This document shows, one piece after another, positions 45,570 to 59,410 of a DNA stretch of 64,000 nt. Origin of the DNA: Octopus sinensis (taxonomy: Eukaryota). The notes under the pieces were generated by a model. The model was not told where the DNA came from and searched no databases. It worked only from the letters and a program-made list of their open reading frames with translations. The position numbers and the translations under genes are program-made. Position 1 is the stretch's first letter. Each line of letters begins with the position of its first letter. Where the stretch lies: positions 32,240,001 through 32,304,000 of the forward strand of contig NC_043016.1 in assembly GCF_006345805.1 (NCBI RefSeq), written 5' to 3'.

Positions 45570-48500
45570 CATTATCATCATTGTTTAACACCCATTTTCC
45601 ATGCTGGCATGGGTTCAGTGGGTTGAGAGGAGCTGACAAGGCCATAGCGGGTTCCATAGTCTGTTTTGGTTTGGTTTTCTACAGTTGGATGGCCTTCCAA
45701 TTGCCAACCACTTTAAAGAGTGTACTGGGAGCTTTTTACATGGCACCAACACCAATGCTTTTTACATGGCACCAGCACCATTGCATTTTATGTGGCACCA
45801 GTGCTTTTTTTATGACACCATCAAAGTGTTTTGCTCATGGCACCAGCACCAGTGCTTTTTATATGACACCATTGCCAATACATTTTATGTGGCACCAGCA
45901 CAAGTGCTTTTTTTGTATGACACCAGCACATGTGTTTTGTACATGGCACCAGCACCAATGTTTTTTATATGACACCATTGCCAATACATTTTATGTGGCA
46001 CCAGCACAAGTGCTTTTTTTGTATGACACCAGCACATGTGTTTTGTACATGGCACCAGCACCAATGTTTTTTATATGGCACCATTGCCAATACATTTTAT
46101 GTGGCACCAGCACAAGTGCTTTTTTGTATGACACCAGCACATGTGTTTTGTACATGGCACCAGCACCAATGTTTTTATATGACACCATTGCCAATACATT
46201 TTATGTGGCACCAGCACAAGTGCTTTTTTGTATGACACCAGCACATGTGTTTTGTACATGGCACCAGCACCAATGTTTTTATATGACACCATTGCCAATA
46301 CATTTTATGTGGCACCAGCACAAGTGCTTTTTTTGTATGACACCAGCACATGTGTTTTGTACATGGCACCAGCACCAATGTTTTTTATATGACACCATTG
46401 CCAATACATTTTATGTGGCACCAGCACAAGTGCTTTTTTTGTATGACACCAGCACATGTGTTTTGTACATGGCACCAGCACCAATGTTTTTTATATGGCA
46501 CCATTGCCAATACATTTTATGTGGCACCAGCACAAGTGCTTTTTTTGTATGACACCAGCACATGTGTTTTGTACATGGCACCAGCACCAATGTTTTTTAT
46601 ATGACACCATTGCCAATACATTTTATGTGGCACCAGCACAAGTGCTTTTTTGTATGACACCAGCACATGTGTTTTGTACATGGCACCAGCACCAATGTTT
46701 TTATATGACACCATTGCCAATACATTTTATGTGGCACCAGCACAAGTGCTTTTTTGTATGACACCAGCACATGTGTTTTGTACATGGCACCAGCACCAAT
46801 GTTTTTTATATGGCACCATTGCCAATACATTTTATGTGGCACCAGCACCAGTGCTTTTTTTGTATGACACCAGCACATGTGTTTTGTACATGGCACCAGC
46901 ACCAATGTTTTTTATATGGCACCATTGCCAATACATTTTATGTGGCACCAGCACAAGTGCTTTTTTTGTATGACACCAGCACAAGTGTTTTGTACATGGC
47001 ACCAGCACCAATGTTTTTTATATGGCACCATTGCCAATACATTTTATGTGGCACCGCACAAGTGCTTTTTTTGTATGACACCAGCACATGTGTTTTGTAC
47101 ATGGCACCAGCACCAATGTTTTTTATATGACACCATTGCCAATACATTTTATGTGGCACCAGCACAAGTGCTTTTTTGTATGACACCAGCACATGTGTTT
47201 TGTACATGGCACCAGCACCAATGTTTTTTATATGGCACCATTGCCAATACATATGTATGTATGGCACCAGCACAAGTGCTTTTTTTGTATGACACCAGCA
47301 CATGTGTTTTGTACATGGCACCAGCACCAATGTTTTTTATATGACACCATTGCCAATACATTTTATGTGGCACCAGCACAAGTGCTTTTTTTGTATGACA
47401 CCAGCACATGTGTTTTGTACATGGCACCAGCACCAATGTTTTTTATATGGCACCATTGCCAATACATTTTATGTGGCACCAGCACAAGTGCTTTTTTTGT
47501 ATGACACCAGCACATGTGTTTTGTACATGGCACCAGCACCAATGTTTTTTATATGACACCATTGCCAATACATTTTATGTGGCACCAGCACAAGTGCTTT
47601 TTTTGTATGACACCAGCACATGTGTTTTGTACATGGCACCAGCACCAATGTTTTTTATATGACACCATTGCCAATACATTTTATGTGGCACCAGCACAAG
47701 TGCTTTTTTGTATGACACCAGCACATGTGTTTTGTACATGGCACCAGCACCAATGTTTTTTATATGACACCATTGCCAATACATTTTATGTGGCACCAGC
47801 ACAAGTGCTTTTTTTGTATGACACCAGCACATGTGTTTTGTACATGGCACCAGCACCAATGTTTTTTATATGGCACCATTGCCAATACATTTTATGTGGC
47901 ACCAGCACAAGTGCTTTTTTTGTATGACACCAGCACATGTGTTTTGTACATGGCACCAGCACCAATGTTTTTTATATGACACCATTGCCAATACATTTTA
48001 TGTGGCACCAGCACAAGTGCTTTTTTTGTATGACACCAGCACATGTGTTTTGTACATGGCACCAGCACCAATGTTTTTTATATGACACCATTGCCAATAC
48101 ATTTTATGTGGCACCAGCACAAGTGCTTTTTTGTATGACACCAGCACATGTGTTTTGTACATGGCACCAGCACCAATGTTTTTTTATATGGCACCATTGC
48201 CAATACATTTTATGTGGCACCAGCACCAGTGCTTTTTTTGTATGACACCAGCACATGTGTTTTGTACATGGCACCAGCACCAATGTTTTTTATATGGCAC
48301 CATTGCCAATACATTTTATGTGGCACCAGCACAAGTGCTTTTTTTGTATGACACCAGCACAAGTGTTTTGTACATGGCACCAGCACCAATGTTTTTTATA
48401 TGGCACCATTGCCAATACATTTTATGTGGCACCAGCACAAGTGCTTTTTTTGTATGACACCAGCACATGTGTTTTGTACATGGCACCAGCACCAATGTTT

Positions 48501-51500
48501 TTTATATGACACCATTGCCAATACATTTTATGTGGCACCAGCACAAGTGCTTTTTTTGTATGACACCAGCACATGTGTTTTGTACATGGCACCAGCACCA
48601 ATGTTTTTTATATGGCACCATTGCCAATACATTTTATGTGGCACCAGCACCAGTGCTTTTTTTGTATGACACCAGCACATGTGTTTTGTACATGGCACCA
48701 GCACCAATGTTTTTTATATGGCACCATTGCCAATACATTTTATGTGGCACCAGCACAAGTGCTTTTTTTGTATGACACCAGCACATGTGTTTTGTACATG
48801 GCACCAGCACCAATGTTTTTTATATGGCACCATTGCCAATACATTTTATGTGGCACCAGCACCAGTGCTTTTTTTGTATGACACCAGCACAAGTGTTTTG
48901 TACATGGCACCAGCACCAGTGTTTTTTATGTGGCACCAGCACCAGTGCTTTTTTTTGTATGACGCCAGCACAAGTGTTTTGTACATGGCACCAGCACCAA
49001 TGTTTTTTATATGACACCATTGCCAATACATTTTATGTGGCACCAGCACAAGTGCTTTTTTTGTATGACACCAGCACATGTGTTTTGTACATGGCACCAG
49101 CACCAATGTTTTTTATATGACACCATTGCCAATACATTTTATGTGGCACCAGCACCAGTGCTTTTTTTGTATGACACCAGCACATGTGTTTTGTACATGG
49201 CACCAGCACCAATGTTTTTTATATGGCACCATTGCCAATACATTTTATGTGGCACCAGCACAAGTGCTTTTTTTGTATGACACCAGCACATGTGTTTTGT
49301 ACATGGCACCAGCACCAATGTTTTTTATATGGCACCATTGCCAATACATTTTATGTGGCACCAGCACCAGTGCTTTTTTTGTATGACACCAGCACAAGTG
49401 TTTTGTACATGGCACCAGCACCAGTGTTTTTTATGTGGCACCAGCACCAGTGCTTTTTTTTGTATGACGCCAGCACAAGTGTTTTGTACATGGCACCAGC
49501 ACCAATGTTTTTTATATGACACCATTGCCAATACATTTTATGTGGCACCAGCACAAGTGCTTTTTTTTGTATGACACACCAGCACATGTGTTTTGTACAT
49601 GGCACCAGCACCAAGTTTTTTATATGACACCATTGCCAATACATTTTATGTGGCACCAGCACAAGTGCTTTTTTTGTATGACACCAGCACATGTGTTTTG
49701 TACATGGCACCAGCACCAATGTTTTTTATATGACACCATTGCCAATACATTTTATGTGGCACCAGCACAAGTGCTTTTTTTGTATGACACCAGCACATGT
49801 GTTTTGTACATGGCACCAGCACCAATGTTTTTTATATGACACCATTGCCAATACATTTTATGTGGCACCAGCACAAGTGCTTTTTTTGTATGACACCAGC
49901 ACATGTGTTTTGTACATGGCACCAGCACCAATGTTTTTTTATATGACACCATTGCCAATACATTTTATGTGGCACCAGCACAAGTGCTTTTTTTGTATGA
50001 CACACAGCCAAGTGTTTTGTACATGGCACCAGCACCAATGTTTTTTATATGGCACCATTGCCAATACATTTTATGTGGCACCAGCACAAGTGCTTTTTTT
50101 GTATGACACCAGCACATGTGTTTTGTACATGGCACCAGCACCAATGTTTTTTATATGACACCATTGCCAATACATTTTATGTGGCACCAGCACAAGTGCT
50201 TTTTTTGTATGACACCAGCACATGTGTTTTGTACATGGCACCAGCACCAATGTTTTTTTATATGACACCATTGCCAATACATTTTATGTGGCACCAGCAC
50301 AAGTGCTTTTTTTGTATGACACAGCACATGTGTTTTGTACATGGCACCAGCACCAATGTTTTTTATATGACACCATTGCCATACATTTTATGTGGCACCA
50401 GCACAAGTGCTTTTTTTGTATGACACCAGCACATGTGTTTTGTACATGGCACCAGCACCAATGTTTTTTTATGACACCATTGCCAATACATTTTATGTGG
50501 CACCAGCACAAGTGCTTTTTTTATGACACCAGCACATGTGTTTTGTACATGGCACCAGCACCAATGTTTTTTATATGACACCATTGCCAATACATTTTAT
50601 GTGGCACCAGCACAAGTGCTTTTTTTGTATGACACCACACACATGTGTTTTGTACATGGCACCAGCACCAATGTTTTTTATATGGCACCATTGCCAATAC
50701 ATTTTATGTGGCACCAGCACAAGTGCTTTTTTTGTATGACACCAGCACATGTGTTTTGTACATGGCACCAGCACCAATGTTTTTTATATGACACCATTGC
50801 CAATACATTTTATGTGGCACCAGCACAATGCTTTTTTTGTATGACACCAGCACATGTGTTTTGTACATGGCACCAGCACCAATGTTTTTATATGACACCA
50901 TTGCCAATACATTTTATGTGGCACCAGCACAAGTGCTTTTTTTGTATGACACCAGCACATGTGTTTTGTACATGGCACCAGCACCAATGTTTTTTATATG
51001 ACACCATTGCCAATACATTTTATGTGGCACCAGCACAAGTGCTTTTTTGTATGACACCAGCACATGTGTTTTGTACATGGCACCAGCACCAATGTTTTTT
51101 ATATGGCACCATTGCCAATACATTTTATGTGCACCAGCACAAGTGCTTTTTTTGTATGACACCAGCACATGTGTTTTGTACATGGCACCAGCACCAATGT
51201 TTTTATATGACACCATTGCCAATACATTTTATGTGGCACCAGCACAAGTGCTTTTTTTGTATGACACCAGCACATGTGTTTTGTACATGGCACCACCACC
51301 AATGTTTTTTATATGACACCATTGCCAATACATTTTATGTGGCACCAGCACAAGTGCTTTTTTTTGTATGACACCAGCACATGTGTTTTGTACATGGCAC
51401 CAGCACCAATGTTTTTTATATGACACCATTGCCAATACATTTTATGTGGCACCAGCACAAGTGCTTTTTTTTGTATGACACCAGCACATGTGTTTTGTAC

Positions 51501-52150
51501 ATGGCACCAGCACCAATGTTTTTTATATGACACCATTGCCAATACATTTTATGTGGCACCAGCACAAGTGCTTTTTTTGTATGACACCAGCACATGTGTT
51601 TTGTACATGGCACCAGCACCAATGTTTTTTATATGGCACCATTGCCAATACATTTTATGTGGCACCAGCACAAGTGCTTTTTTTGTATGACACCAGCACA
51701 TGTGTTTTGTACATGGCACCAGCACCAATGTTTTTTATATGACACCATTGCCAATACATTTTATGTGGCACCAGCACAAGTGCTTTTTTGTATGACACCA
51801 GCACATGTGTTTTGTACATGGCACCAGCCAATGTTTTTTTATGACACCATTGCCAATACATTTTATGTGGCACACCAGCACAAGTGCTTTTTTTGTATGA
51901 CACCAGCACATGTGTTTTGTACATGGCACCAGCACCAATGTTTTTTATATGGCACCAGCACCAGTGTTTTTTATATGGCACCATTGCCAATACATTTTAT
52001 GTGGCACCAGCACCAGTGCTTTTTATGTGGCACCATTACCAGTGCTTTTTATGTAATGCCTTGGTTTTAGGATATCAATTCTGTTGTAGTGGGCAGGTCT
52101 CATTGCCACATATCTTGGTCGATGTGCTACATATCTCAGTCCTCTGTCAA
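45570..52150 (-). mobile_element. RTE LINE 3' end whose 3'UTR repeat has expanded into a satellite
   Basis: RTE tail TTTCCATGCTGGCATGGG at ~45596; ORF-end remnant TED*DM*..DMW at ~52100-52148. Confidence 0.7.
45735..52052. repeat. 6.3-kb tandem array, ~106-bp unit made of four 26-28-bp subunits (~57-58 units)
   Basis: Unit ATATGACACCATTGCCAATACATTTT-ATGTGGCACCAGCACAAGTGCTTTTTTT-GTATGACACCAGCACATGTGTTTTGT-ACATGGCACCAGCACCAATGTTTTTT. Confidence 0.97.
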
Positions 52151-52708
52151 AATAAAACAAAAAAATACAAAAATTAGTCTATGGATGGTATTAGTTATGA
52201 CATTATTATAATATCTGTTCATTATATTGTGTTACTGTAAAGCAGTGAAGCAACAGAATTATTATAACACCTGACAGAATGCTTGGCAGCATTTCTTCCA
52301 TCTATGCATTCTGGGCTGAAATTCTTCTCTTCCTTTCATTCTTTCAGGGTCGATAAAATAATTACCGGTCAAGCACTTGGGTGGGGGTGGGGGGGGGGTT
52401 TGATGTAATCGACTAACTCTGCCCTCCACTAAAGTTTCAGGCTTTGTACCTAAAGTAGAAAGGATTATATTATGTTATGATTAGAGCAAATATGGGTGGT
52501 GGTGGTGGTGGTGGTGGCGGTGGTGGCGGCGGTTGTTGTTGTTTTTGTTTTTTGATGATGGTGATAATAGTGGTTGTATAAAAGTGAAAAAAAAAAACAC
52601 AAGCAGTAGGATATTTTCATCAATCAGAAAGTAATTTTGTGCAATGGTTTTGTATCGGTCTTTTCTTCTACATCTATCAACGTTTATCACGGTGGTTTGG
52701 ATCCAAAG

Positions 52709-52940
52709 TACGAGGTGGTATCAAAAGGTTTCCGGACTAGTTATGTTTAATAAATAATAACTTATTTACACGAGAGGCATGCTGCATGTTCAATTCAGAT
52801 GTTAGGATTACTTGCACGGAGCCATACAACAGAGCAACATCAGCAATGCTGTTGATTGTCCTCTCACAATCCTCATACATAATCTGATGAATTTTTTTCC
52901 ACCTTTCCAGGGATGACACTCGTGGCAGGTCTTCCAAAGG
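52709..52940 (-). mobile_element. Deleted mariner derivative (TIR + HTH fragment)
   Basis: TA|CGAGGTGGTATCAAAAGGTTTCCGGACT terminus; LEDLPR..YEDCERTINSIAD..YGSVQVILTSELNM. Confidence 0.6.
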
Positions 52941-53094
52941 TGTGGCTGTGTGGTAAGAAGCTTGCTTCCCAACCACATGGTTCTAGGTTCAGTCCCACTG
53001 TGTGACACCTTGGCCAAGTGTCTTCTGCTATAGCCTTAAGCCGACCAAAGCCTTGTGAGTGGATTTGGTAGACGGAAACTGAGTGAAGCCTGTC

Positions 53095-53128
<34 letters not shown>

Positions 53129-53672
53129 CTGTGTTTGTCCCCCCACCATCACTCAACAAGATATGCTGGTGTGTTTACGTCCCCCATAACTTAGTGGTTC
53201 CACAAAAGAGACTGATAGAATAAGTACTAGGCTTACAAAGAATAAGTCCTGGGGTTGATTTGTTTGACTAAAAGTAGTGCTCCAGCATGGCTGCATCAAA
53301 TAACTGAAACAAGTAAAAGAAAAAGTAAAAAAGAGGTGTAGGCATGACTGTGTGATAAGAAACTTGCTTCCCAACCACATGGTTCCAGGTTCAGTCCTTG
53401 GGCAAGTGTCTTCTACAAAGCCTCAGATCGACCAAAACCTTGTGAGTGGGTTTGGTAGACGGAAACTGAAAGAAGCTTGTTATATATATGTGTGTTTGTT
53501 CACCCATCACTGCGTGTGTGTGTGCGGATGTCCCCCGTAACTTAGCAGTTCAGCAAAAGGGACTAATAAGAAATAAGTCCTGGGATTGGTTTGTTTGACT
53601 AAAAGACCCTTCCAGGTGGTGATCCAGCATGGCTGCAGTCAAATGACTGAAACAAATAAAAGAATAAAAAAG
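52938..53672 (+). mobile_element. Two tandem SINE-A copies
   Basis: 52938-53330 and 53334-53672. Confidence 0.85.
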
Positions 53673-53917
53673 AATAATTCAAATTTCCTTAAAACAGTAA
53701 GCTTGTATCATAGAACTCAGGGGCAGTCTCGGGTAGATTGACATTAAAAGGGTTAAATGCAAAAATTACACCGGATTTGAAATACTTTAAATAGCTGAAA
53801 TATTTTATTTATTTCTAAGAAAAATGATGACCTCCCCCAAATGCCCAGCAGTCATGACATTATCCTGGCAATTATTTAGCTTTGTGAGTTAAGTAAAATG
53901 AAGCAGACTAGGTTTTT

Positions 53918-54336
53918 CCTCTTTTACATTTTTACTTGTTTCAGTCATTTGAATGTGGCCATGCTGGGGCACCACCTTTAGTCAAGCAAATCGACCCCAG
54001 TACTTATTTTTTGTGAACCTAGTACTTATTCTATCGGTCTCTTTTGCCGAACCGCCAAGTTACGGGGACGTAAACACACCAGCATCGGTAGTCAAGCGAT
54101 GTTGGTGGGGACAAACACAGACACACAAACATATACACATACATACATATATATATACACATACATATATATGACAGGCTTCTTTCAGTTCCCATCTACC
54201 AAATCCACTCACAAGGCTTTGGTCGGCCCCGAGGCTGTAGTAGAAGACACTTGCCCAAGGTGCCACGCAGTGGGACTGAACCTAGAACCATGTGGTTGGT
54301 AAGCAAGCTACTTACCACACAGCCACTCCTACGCCT
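53918..54336 (-). mobile_element. SINE-A, full length
   Basis: Family head, body and tail. Confidence 0.9.
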
Positions 54337-54829
54337 ATATACAATGCATTCATTTTACTACCGATGAATGGAAATTTTAAAAGTCACCACATCAATTCTA
54401 GGCAAGTTAGATTCAATTAATGCACGACATAGCTCTAGCTTTATAGGTTTCATTAGTCCTTTTGTTCCTGTATTTCTGTTGAAATACACTGTCCTTGTTT
54501 CAATTAATTTTGAAATTAATGGAGAATTTGCTAGAATAACTGTTCATTATTAAGCCGGTGTTTAGATCATGAATTAACATGAAATTTCACTGGGAAGTTT
54601 TAATTTAGATCACTTTAATGTGGAAAGTTTATAATATCAGAGACTCAGGCGCAGTGTTAGACACACATTGGTATTAAAAGTGTTGCAGAATGGAATTAGT
54701 AACCCAAAGAGTTTAGATAAAATGTAGCACTTGATGGTTGTGGATATTGTTATAGCTATTTTATCTGTTTGTTTGTTTGTTTGTTTGTTTGATGTTGTTT
54801 AGCCCTAGGTGAGTCCTGATCAAGCTCTC

Positions 54830-55440
54830 CTAACTGCATGGTTCCAGGTTTCCTCTCGCTGTGTGGCATCTTAGGCAAGTGTCATCTACTATAGCTCCAG
54901 GTTGACCAAAGCCTTGTGAGTGTATTTGGTAGATGAAAACTGAAAGAAGCTTGTCGTATATATGTGTGTGTGTGTCTTTGTGCCTCTGTTTGTCCCCCAA
55001 TACCAGTTGACAACTGGTGTTGTTGTGTTTATGTCCCCATAACTTAGCAGTTTGGTAAAAGACACCAATAGAATAAGGCGGCGAGCTGGCAGAACTGTTA
55101 GCACACCAGGCGCAATGCTTAGTGGCATTTTGGCTGCTGTTACATTTTGAGTTCAAATTCCGCCAAGGTCAATTTTGCCTTTCATCCTTTCAGGGTCGAT
55201 AAATTAAGTACCAGTTACACACTGGGGTCGATGTAATTGACTTAATCCCTTTGTCTGTCCTTGTTTGTCCCCTCTATGTTTAGCCCCTTGTGGGCAATAA
55301 AGAAATAAAAATAAGTACTGGGCTTTAAAAAAATAAGTAATGGGGGTCAATTCATTCGACTAATAATTCTTCAAGGCGGTGCCCCAGCATGGCCACAGTC
55401 TAATGATTGAAACAAGTGAAAGAACAAATGAATAAAAGAA
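54830..55440 (+). mobile_element. SINE-A interrupted by a SINE-B (55076-55308, Tx1-like tail)
   Basis: SINE-A motif AATAGAATAAG|TACTG is split, with a short duplication. Confidence 0.8.
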
Positions 55441-55449
55441 TGACAAGTG

Positions 55450-56110
55450 TAAATTATGATGATAATGATAGAAACAATGACGATAGTAGTCAGTACAAAA
55501 TAGTGATGATGGTGACATTGATGATGATGATGAGGAGGAAGTGGAGTGTGGTGGTGTGACAGTGATGTTGATGATGTTGATGAGGAGGAGGAGGCGGAGA
55601 GAAGTGTGATGGTGGTGGTGGTGGTCCTGCGATGATGGTGATAATGATGGTGACGATGATGGTAACATTGATAATGATGATGAGGAAGAGGAGGAGGGGT
55701 GTGGTGGTGTGATGTTGATGGTGATGATGGTGATGCTGATGATGATGATAAGGAAGTGAAGTGTGATGGTGGTGGTGGTGGCGGTGTTTGTGGTGTGATG
55801 ATGGCAGTGGTGGTGATGACGGTGATGATGAGGATGAGGAGTGTGGTGGTGGTGGTGTGATGATGATCAGGAGGAGGAATGTGGTGGTGGCGGTGGTTGT
55901 GGCGTGATGATGGTAGTGGTGGTGATGATGGTGATAATGATGAGGAGGAGAAGGAGGAGGAGTGTGGTGGTGGTGGTGTGATGATGATGAGGAGGAGGAG
56001 GAATGTGGTGGTGGCATGTAGTAGTTTCGATGATAACAACAACGATGACGATGATGACGAAGACAGCAATGACATCGACGATGACGACGATGATGACGAA
56101 GACGATCAAC
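55450..56110. repeat. Compound GAT/GGT/GAG low-complexity tract with a loose higher-order unit
   Basis: Recurring GATGAGGAGGA..GTGTGGTGG blocks; second tract at 56728-56890. Confidence 0.85.
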
Positions 56111-56756
56111 AGACAAGTATTATTTATCCTGAATGTTATAACTGAAATCATAAACAACAAAAATTAGATAAAAGTACATCAGAAATTAAGGTGGCAGTGG
56201 CGGGGGGGGTATAAAAAAAGAAAACAAAAAACAGGAAAAAAACAGAAAAAGTTAAAAGCAATTAAAAAATTTTCCTCTGGGATAAAGGAAAACGTGTTTC
56301 TTGTAATTCATTCTTCTTCTTTCCTTCCTTCCTTTCTTCTTTCCTTCCACATTCCTACTTGAAAAGCAACAAACTACAGTGAAGCCCAATATTTAATAAC
56401 ATTTCAAACAGTGCAGCGTTTTCTAGATATATTTATCAGAGCCCCTCTCTGCTATTTTTAGAAGTGTGAGGTCAAACGAGAAAGGGAATCATCAGTTGAA
56501 TCCCCCCCCCCCCGCAGTTATTTTTAGCTTTCTCTTAGAAACATGTATGATTCTGAAGATATGATAGTAAAATGGAGACGGTGGTGGGGTGGGGTGGGGG
56601 TCCAGGCAGGGAGGGAGGGAGGGTTGCTTCAAAAAGAAATGGAAATGAAGATCTCAAAAATGATAACTAAACCTTTAAAAAAAAAGTCTTTAAAGGAGCA
56701 GCAAGCAAACAGTTGATTCTGTGCAAAAATGATGATGATGATGATGATGATGATGT

Positions 56757-56802
<46 letters not shown>

Positions 56803-57191
56803 GGTGGTGGTGGTGGTGGTGGTGGTGGTGATGATGGTGATGGTGGTGGTGGTGTTGGTGGTGGAGATGATGATGATGATGAGGATGATGATGGCACAAG
56901 GCCAGCAGTTTCAGGGGAGGGGATAAGTTGATTACATTGACTCCCCAGGATGCAACAGGTACTTATTTTATCAACCCCGAAAAGATGAAAGGCAAAGTTG
57001 ACCTTGGCGGAATTTGAACTCAGACCATAAAAGATGGGTGAAATACCACTAAACATTTTGCCCAGTGTACTAACGATTCTGCCAGCTCTCCACCTCAATA
57101 GGCAAAGTTGACCTAGGCAGAATTTGAACTTATAATAATCATAATAATAATAATAATAATAATAATGATGATGATGATGATGATGATGATG

Positions 57192-57662
57192 ATAACAAGA
57201 GCACTCTTGAGTTATATTGTCCACAGACAAACAAACAAACACGATTGAAAACAACACCCCCACCTTCGCTAAGGCAGAGGTAATAATAATAAGAGCACGC
57301 AGAGAGCACAAACCTCCACCAAGGCAACACCAACATCCTCTCAATGATTAGCCAGAGGTGATTTTTTAAAATGAGAATATCTGAAATAACCTCGACTGCT
57401 CTCACAAATGAGAATACTAAAAATGAACCTGATTGTTCTCAAAAAAAAAAAAACAGGAAAAATAATCCAGAATCCTTGTCTGGTACTGGATTGATCCCAA
57501 AATCTAATCAGTTCGTGCCAGTCATGAGGCTAAACATCCCTGAAAGTTTTATCTGAATCCATCCTGTGGTTCTTGAGATATCTTGTCCATGGACAAATAA
57601 AAGAAAAAAAAAACAAATGCGATTGAAAACAATACCTCTGCCTTTGCTAAGGCGGAGGTAAT
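57192..57662 (-). mobile_element. Two HINE/DINE-like elements (deleted copy 57192-57283, full copy ~57290-57662)
   Basis: Hairpin CCTCTGCCTTTGCTAAGGCGGAGGTAA; homologous to 16480-16834. Confidence 0.65.
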
Positions 57663-57944
57663 AATAATCCTTTCTACTAATGGCACAAGGCTTGAAATTT
57701 TGGGGGAAAGGACTAGTTAATTACATCGACCCCCAGTGTTTCACTGGTACTTGATTTATCAATCCCAAAAAGATGAAAGGCAAAGTTAACCTCAGTAAAA
57801 TTTAAATTTATAATAATAATAATGGTTTCAAATTTTAGCACAGGCCTGGAATTTTGGAGGAATATTATGGTAAATTATATTGACCCCTTAAGCTTGACTG
57901 GTATTTATTTTATTGACCCTGAAAAGATGAAAAGTAAAGTCTTA

Positions 57945-58530
57945 ATATTCTGCTCAATACCACAGAGTTATTTGTCAGTTACTTGACCTTAACCAGTTGA
58001 GCATATCCCTTAATGGTTGATGATATGTGCATCTCTGATCACGAGCAAGAGTAGTGGGGAAGCGTCATAGCCATGTTATCATCATCGTCATTGTTTAATG
58101 TTTGCCTTCCCTGCTGGCATGGGTTGGATGGTTTGACAGGAGCTAGCCAGGCTTCTGTGTGTGTTTTGCCATGGTTTTTTATGACTGGATGCCCTTCCTA
58201 ACACCTATTACTCTGTAAAGTAAGGAAACAAATTCTTTGGGGATTGAATAATTCATCCCTGGAAACATGAGTGTTTCATTCATCATCCTTAAACAAACCT
58301 TATTTAGGGACCTTTTAAATGGGATGGGCTACTTGACCTGAAAAAAATTCTAACTAGGGCCCTGCCTGCAAGGTCATGCACTGTTTATCATGATATGAGA
58401 CCACCATGTTACACAAATATGGCTGTGATGCATGTGCCTGGTGTCCCATTATCAGTCATAATGGGTATATTGGGCTTCATATGCTTGTATCCTGGTGTCA
58501 CTTTTGTGGCATGTGCTACTCTTTCACTTA
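57945..58530 (+). mobile_element. 5'-truncated element D with an internal RTE-tail insertion (58078-58220)
   Basis: Homology to 17415-17973 (reverse orientation). Confidence 0.65.
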
Positions 58531-58542
58531 ATAATAATGATA

Positions 58543-59015
58543 ATCTTTTCTACCATAGGCCCAAGACCTGAAACTTTGGGGAGCGGGGTCTAGTCAATTA
58601 CATCAACCCCAGTGTTTTTTTGTACTTAATTTATCGACTCCGAAAGGACGAACGGCAAAGTTGGCCTCAGCAGGTTTTGAATGCAGAATGTAAAGACGGA
58701 TGAAATGCCATGAAGTATTTTGCCCAGTGGGCTAATGATTCTGCTAGCTTACTGCCTTAATAAATAAATAAATGAATAATAATTATAATAATAATAATAA
58801 TAATCCTTTCTACTATGGGTGGAAGGCCTGAAATTTTGGGGGAGTCTAGTTAATGACATCGACCCTAGTGTTTCACTGGTACTTAATTTATTGACCCCGA
58901 AAGGACAAAAGGCAAAGTCAACCTCAGCAAGATTTGAACTCAGGACGTAGCGACAGGTGAAATACTACTAAGAATTTTGTCCAGCATGCTAGTGATTCTG
59001 CCAGCTTGCTACCTT
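58543..59015 (-). mobile_element. Two SINE-B copies in (AAT)n
   Basis: 58543-58758 and 58803-59015. Confidence 0.8.
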
Positions 59016-59024
59016 AATAATAAT

Positions 59025-59410
59025 CATCATCATCATCATCATCATTTAACGTCCGCTTTCCATGCTAGCATGGGTTGGACGGTTCAACTGGGGTCTGAGG
59101 AGCCCGAAGGCTGCACCAGGCCAGTCAGATCTGGCAGTGTTTCTACAGCTGGATGCCCTTCCTAACGCCAACCACTCCGAGAGTGTAGTGGGTGATTTTA
59201 TGTGCCACTGACACAGTGCCAGATGAGGCTGGCAGACGGCCACGCTCGGATGGTGCTTTTATGTGCCACCGACACAGGTGCCAGATGAGGCTGGCGAACG
59301 GCCACGATCGGATGGTGTTTGTTACGTGCCCACAGCACGGAGGCCAGTCGATGCGGTACTGGCTACAGCCACGTTCGGATGGTTTTCTTGTATGCCACCG
59401 GCACTGGTAC
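59025..59410 (-). mobile_element. RTE 3'UTR with ~3.5 x 61-bp stem-loop units
   Basis: (CAT)n tail; GCCAG-ATGAGG-CTGGC twice, GCCAG-TCGATGCGGTA-CTGGC once. Confidence 0.8.

Noticed and set aside
45735-52052. CRISPR array or Cys/His-rich repeat protein (many overlapping ORFs such as WHQHQCF/MAPAP)
   Set aside because: No unique spacers and no cas genes; the 105-107-bp unit with variable T-runs shifts frame constantly, so no reading frame is conserved
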